Assembly (NCBI RefSeq): GCF_007748075.1 | Contig: NZ_CP036280.1 | Location: forward strand, 2,370,001 to 2,402,000 | Reading direction: 5' to 3' | From: Mucisphaera calidilacus | Lineage (GTDB): Bacteria > Planctomycetota > Phycisphaerae > Phycisphaerales > Phycisphaeraceae | DNA length: 32,000 bases | Part shown: positions 28,597 to 32,000 of the stretch, piece by piece | Layout of the letters: every line of letters begins with the position of its first letter | How positions within the stretch are numbered: the stretch's first letter is position 1 | The notes under the pieces: model-generated | What the model saw: only the letters and a program-made list of their open reading frames with translations | Told to the model about the DNA's origin: nothing | Databases searched by the model: none | Program-made: the position numbers and the translations under genes

Positions 28597-28624
28597 CCCC
28601 CCAAACCTTTGGGGGGTCTTTTTA
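28597..28624 (+). terminator. Rho-independent terminator after MCP gene 1
   Basis: CCCCCCAA / TTGGGGGG form a perfect 8-bp stem with an ACCT loop, followed by TCTTTTTA. It lies 35 nt after the stop codon. Confidence 0.8.
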
Positions 28625-28696
28625 TGGACACCACCCTCAATCAGTTAGCCACATCCATCAAACCCGTAATCTGCACCTAATTTACCCAGGACGAAT

Positions 28697-28723
28697 TAAT
28701 CTCATATCTCCACACCCCGATGA
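28697..28723 (+). promoter_or_regulatory. Candidate sigma-28 (FliA)-like promoter upstream of MCP gene 2
   Basis: TAAT (28697-28700), a 15-nt spacer and CCCGATGA (28716-28723) compare with TAAA-N15-GCCGATAA. It lies about 66 nt upstream of ATG 28790. It shares the CCCGAT core with the candidate upstream of MCP gene 1. Confidence 0.3.

Positions 28724-32000
<3,277 letters not shown>

Overview
This is a high-GC, gene-dense bacterial chromosomal segment with about 27 CDS. I found no rRNA, tRNA, CRISPR array, transposase or integrase. The content is mostly housekeeping.

Gene content in window order:
- A partial M20 peptidase gene.
- A tight minus-strand block, korA-korB-mnmG-zwf-pgl, preceded by crcB.
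- A plus-strand chain of overlapping genes: ccsB(resB)-ccsA-mpg-unknown.
- rpsA, an HI0933-type flavoprotein gene and pgsA.
- A minus-strand moxR plus orphan ABC-ATPase pair.
- cdaA-cdaR-proA plus two uncharacterised genes.
- coaE and rho.
- Two tandem methyl-accepting chemotaxis protein (MCP) genes.
- A partial HExxH protein gene.

The System II cytochrome c biogenesis genes, two-subunit KorAB, the HExxH protein and the low-complexity extensions on S1 and Rho give a Planctomycetota/PVC-like flavour. That assignment is inference only.

The most striking directly visible signal is window-wide. Plus-strand genes use C- and A-ending codons, while minus-strand genes use G- and T-ending codons. This same skew explains the very long shadow ORFs in the ORF track.

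I did not find a convincing novel multi-gene system such as a defence island. The best follow-up candidates are:
- the chemoreceptor pair: a complete CZB zinc-binding motif in a predicted periplasmic position, and an atypical signal-peptide/disordered/TM-hairpin chemoreceptor;
- the cdaA-cdaR-proA-LOR-membrane protein cluster;
- the basic/glycine-rich N-terminal extension of Rho;
- the moxR/ABC-ATPase pair.

All family calls come from motif recognition by eye. No searches were run.
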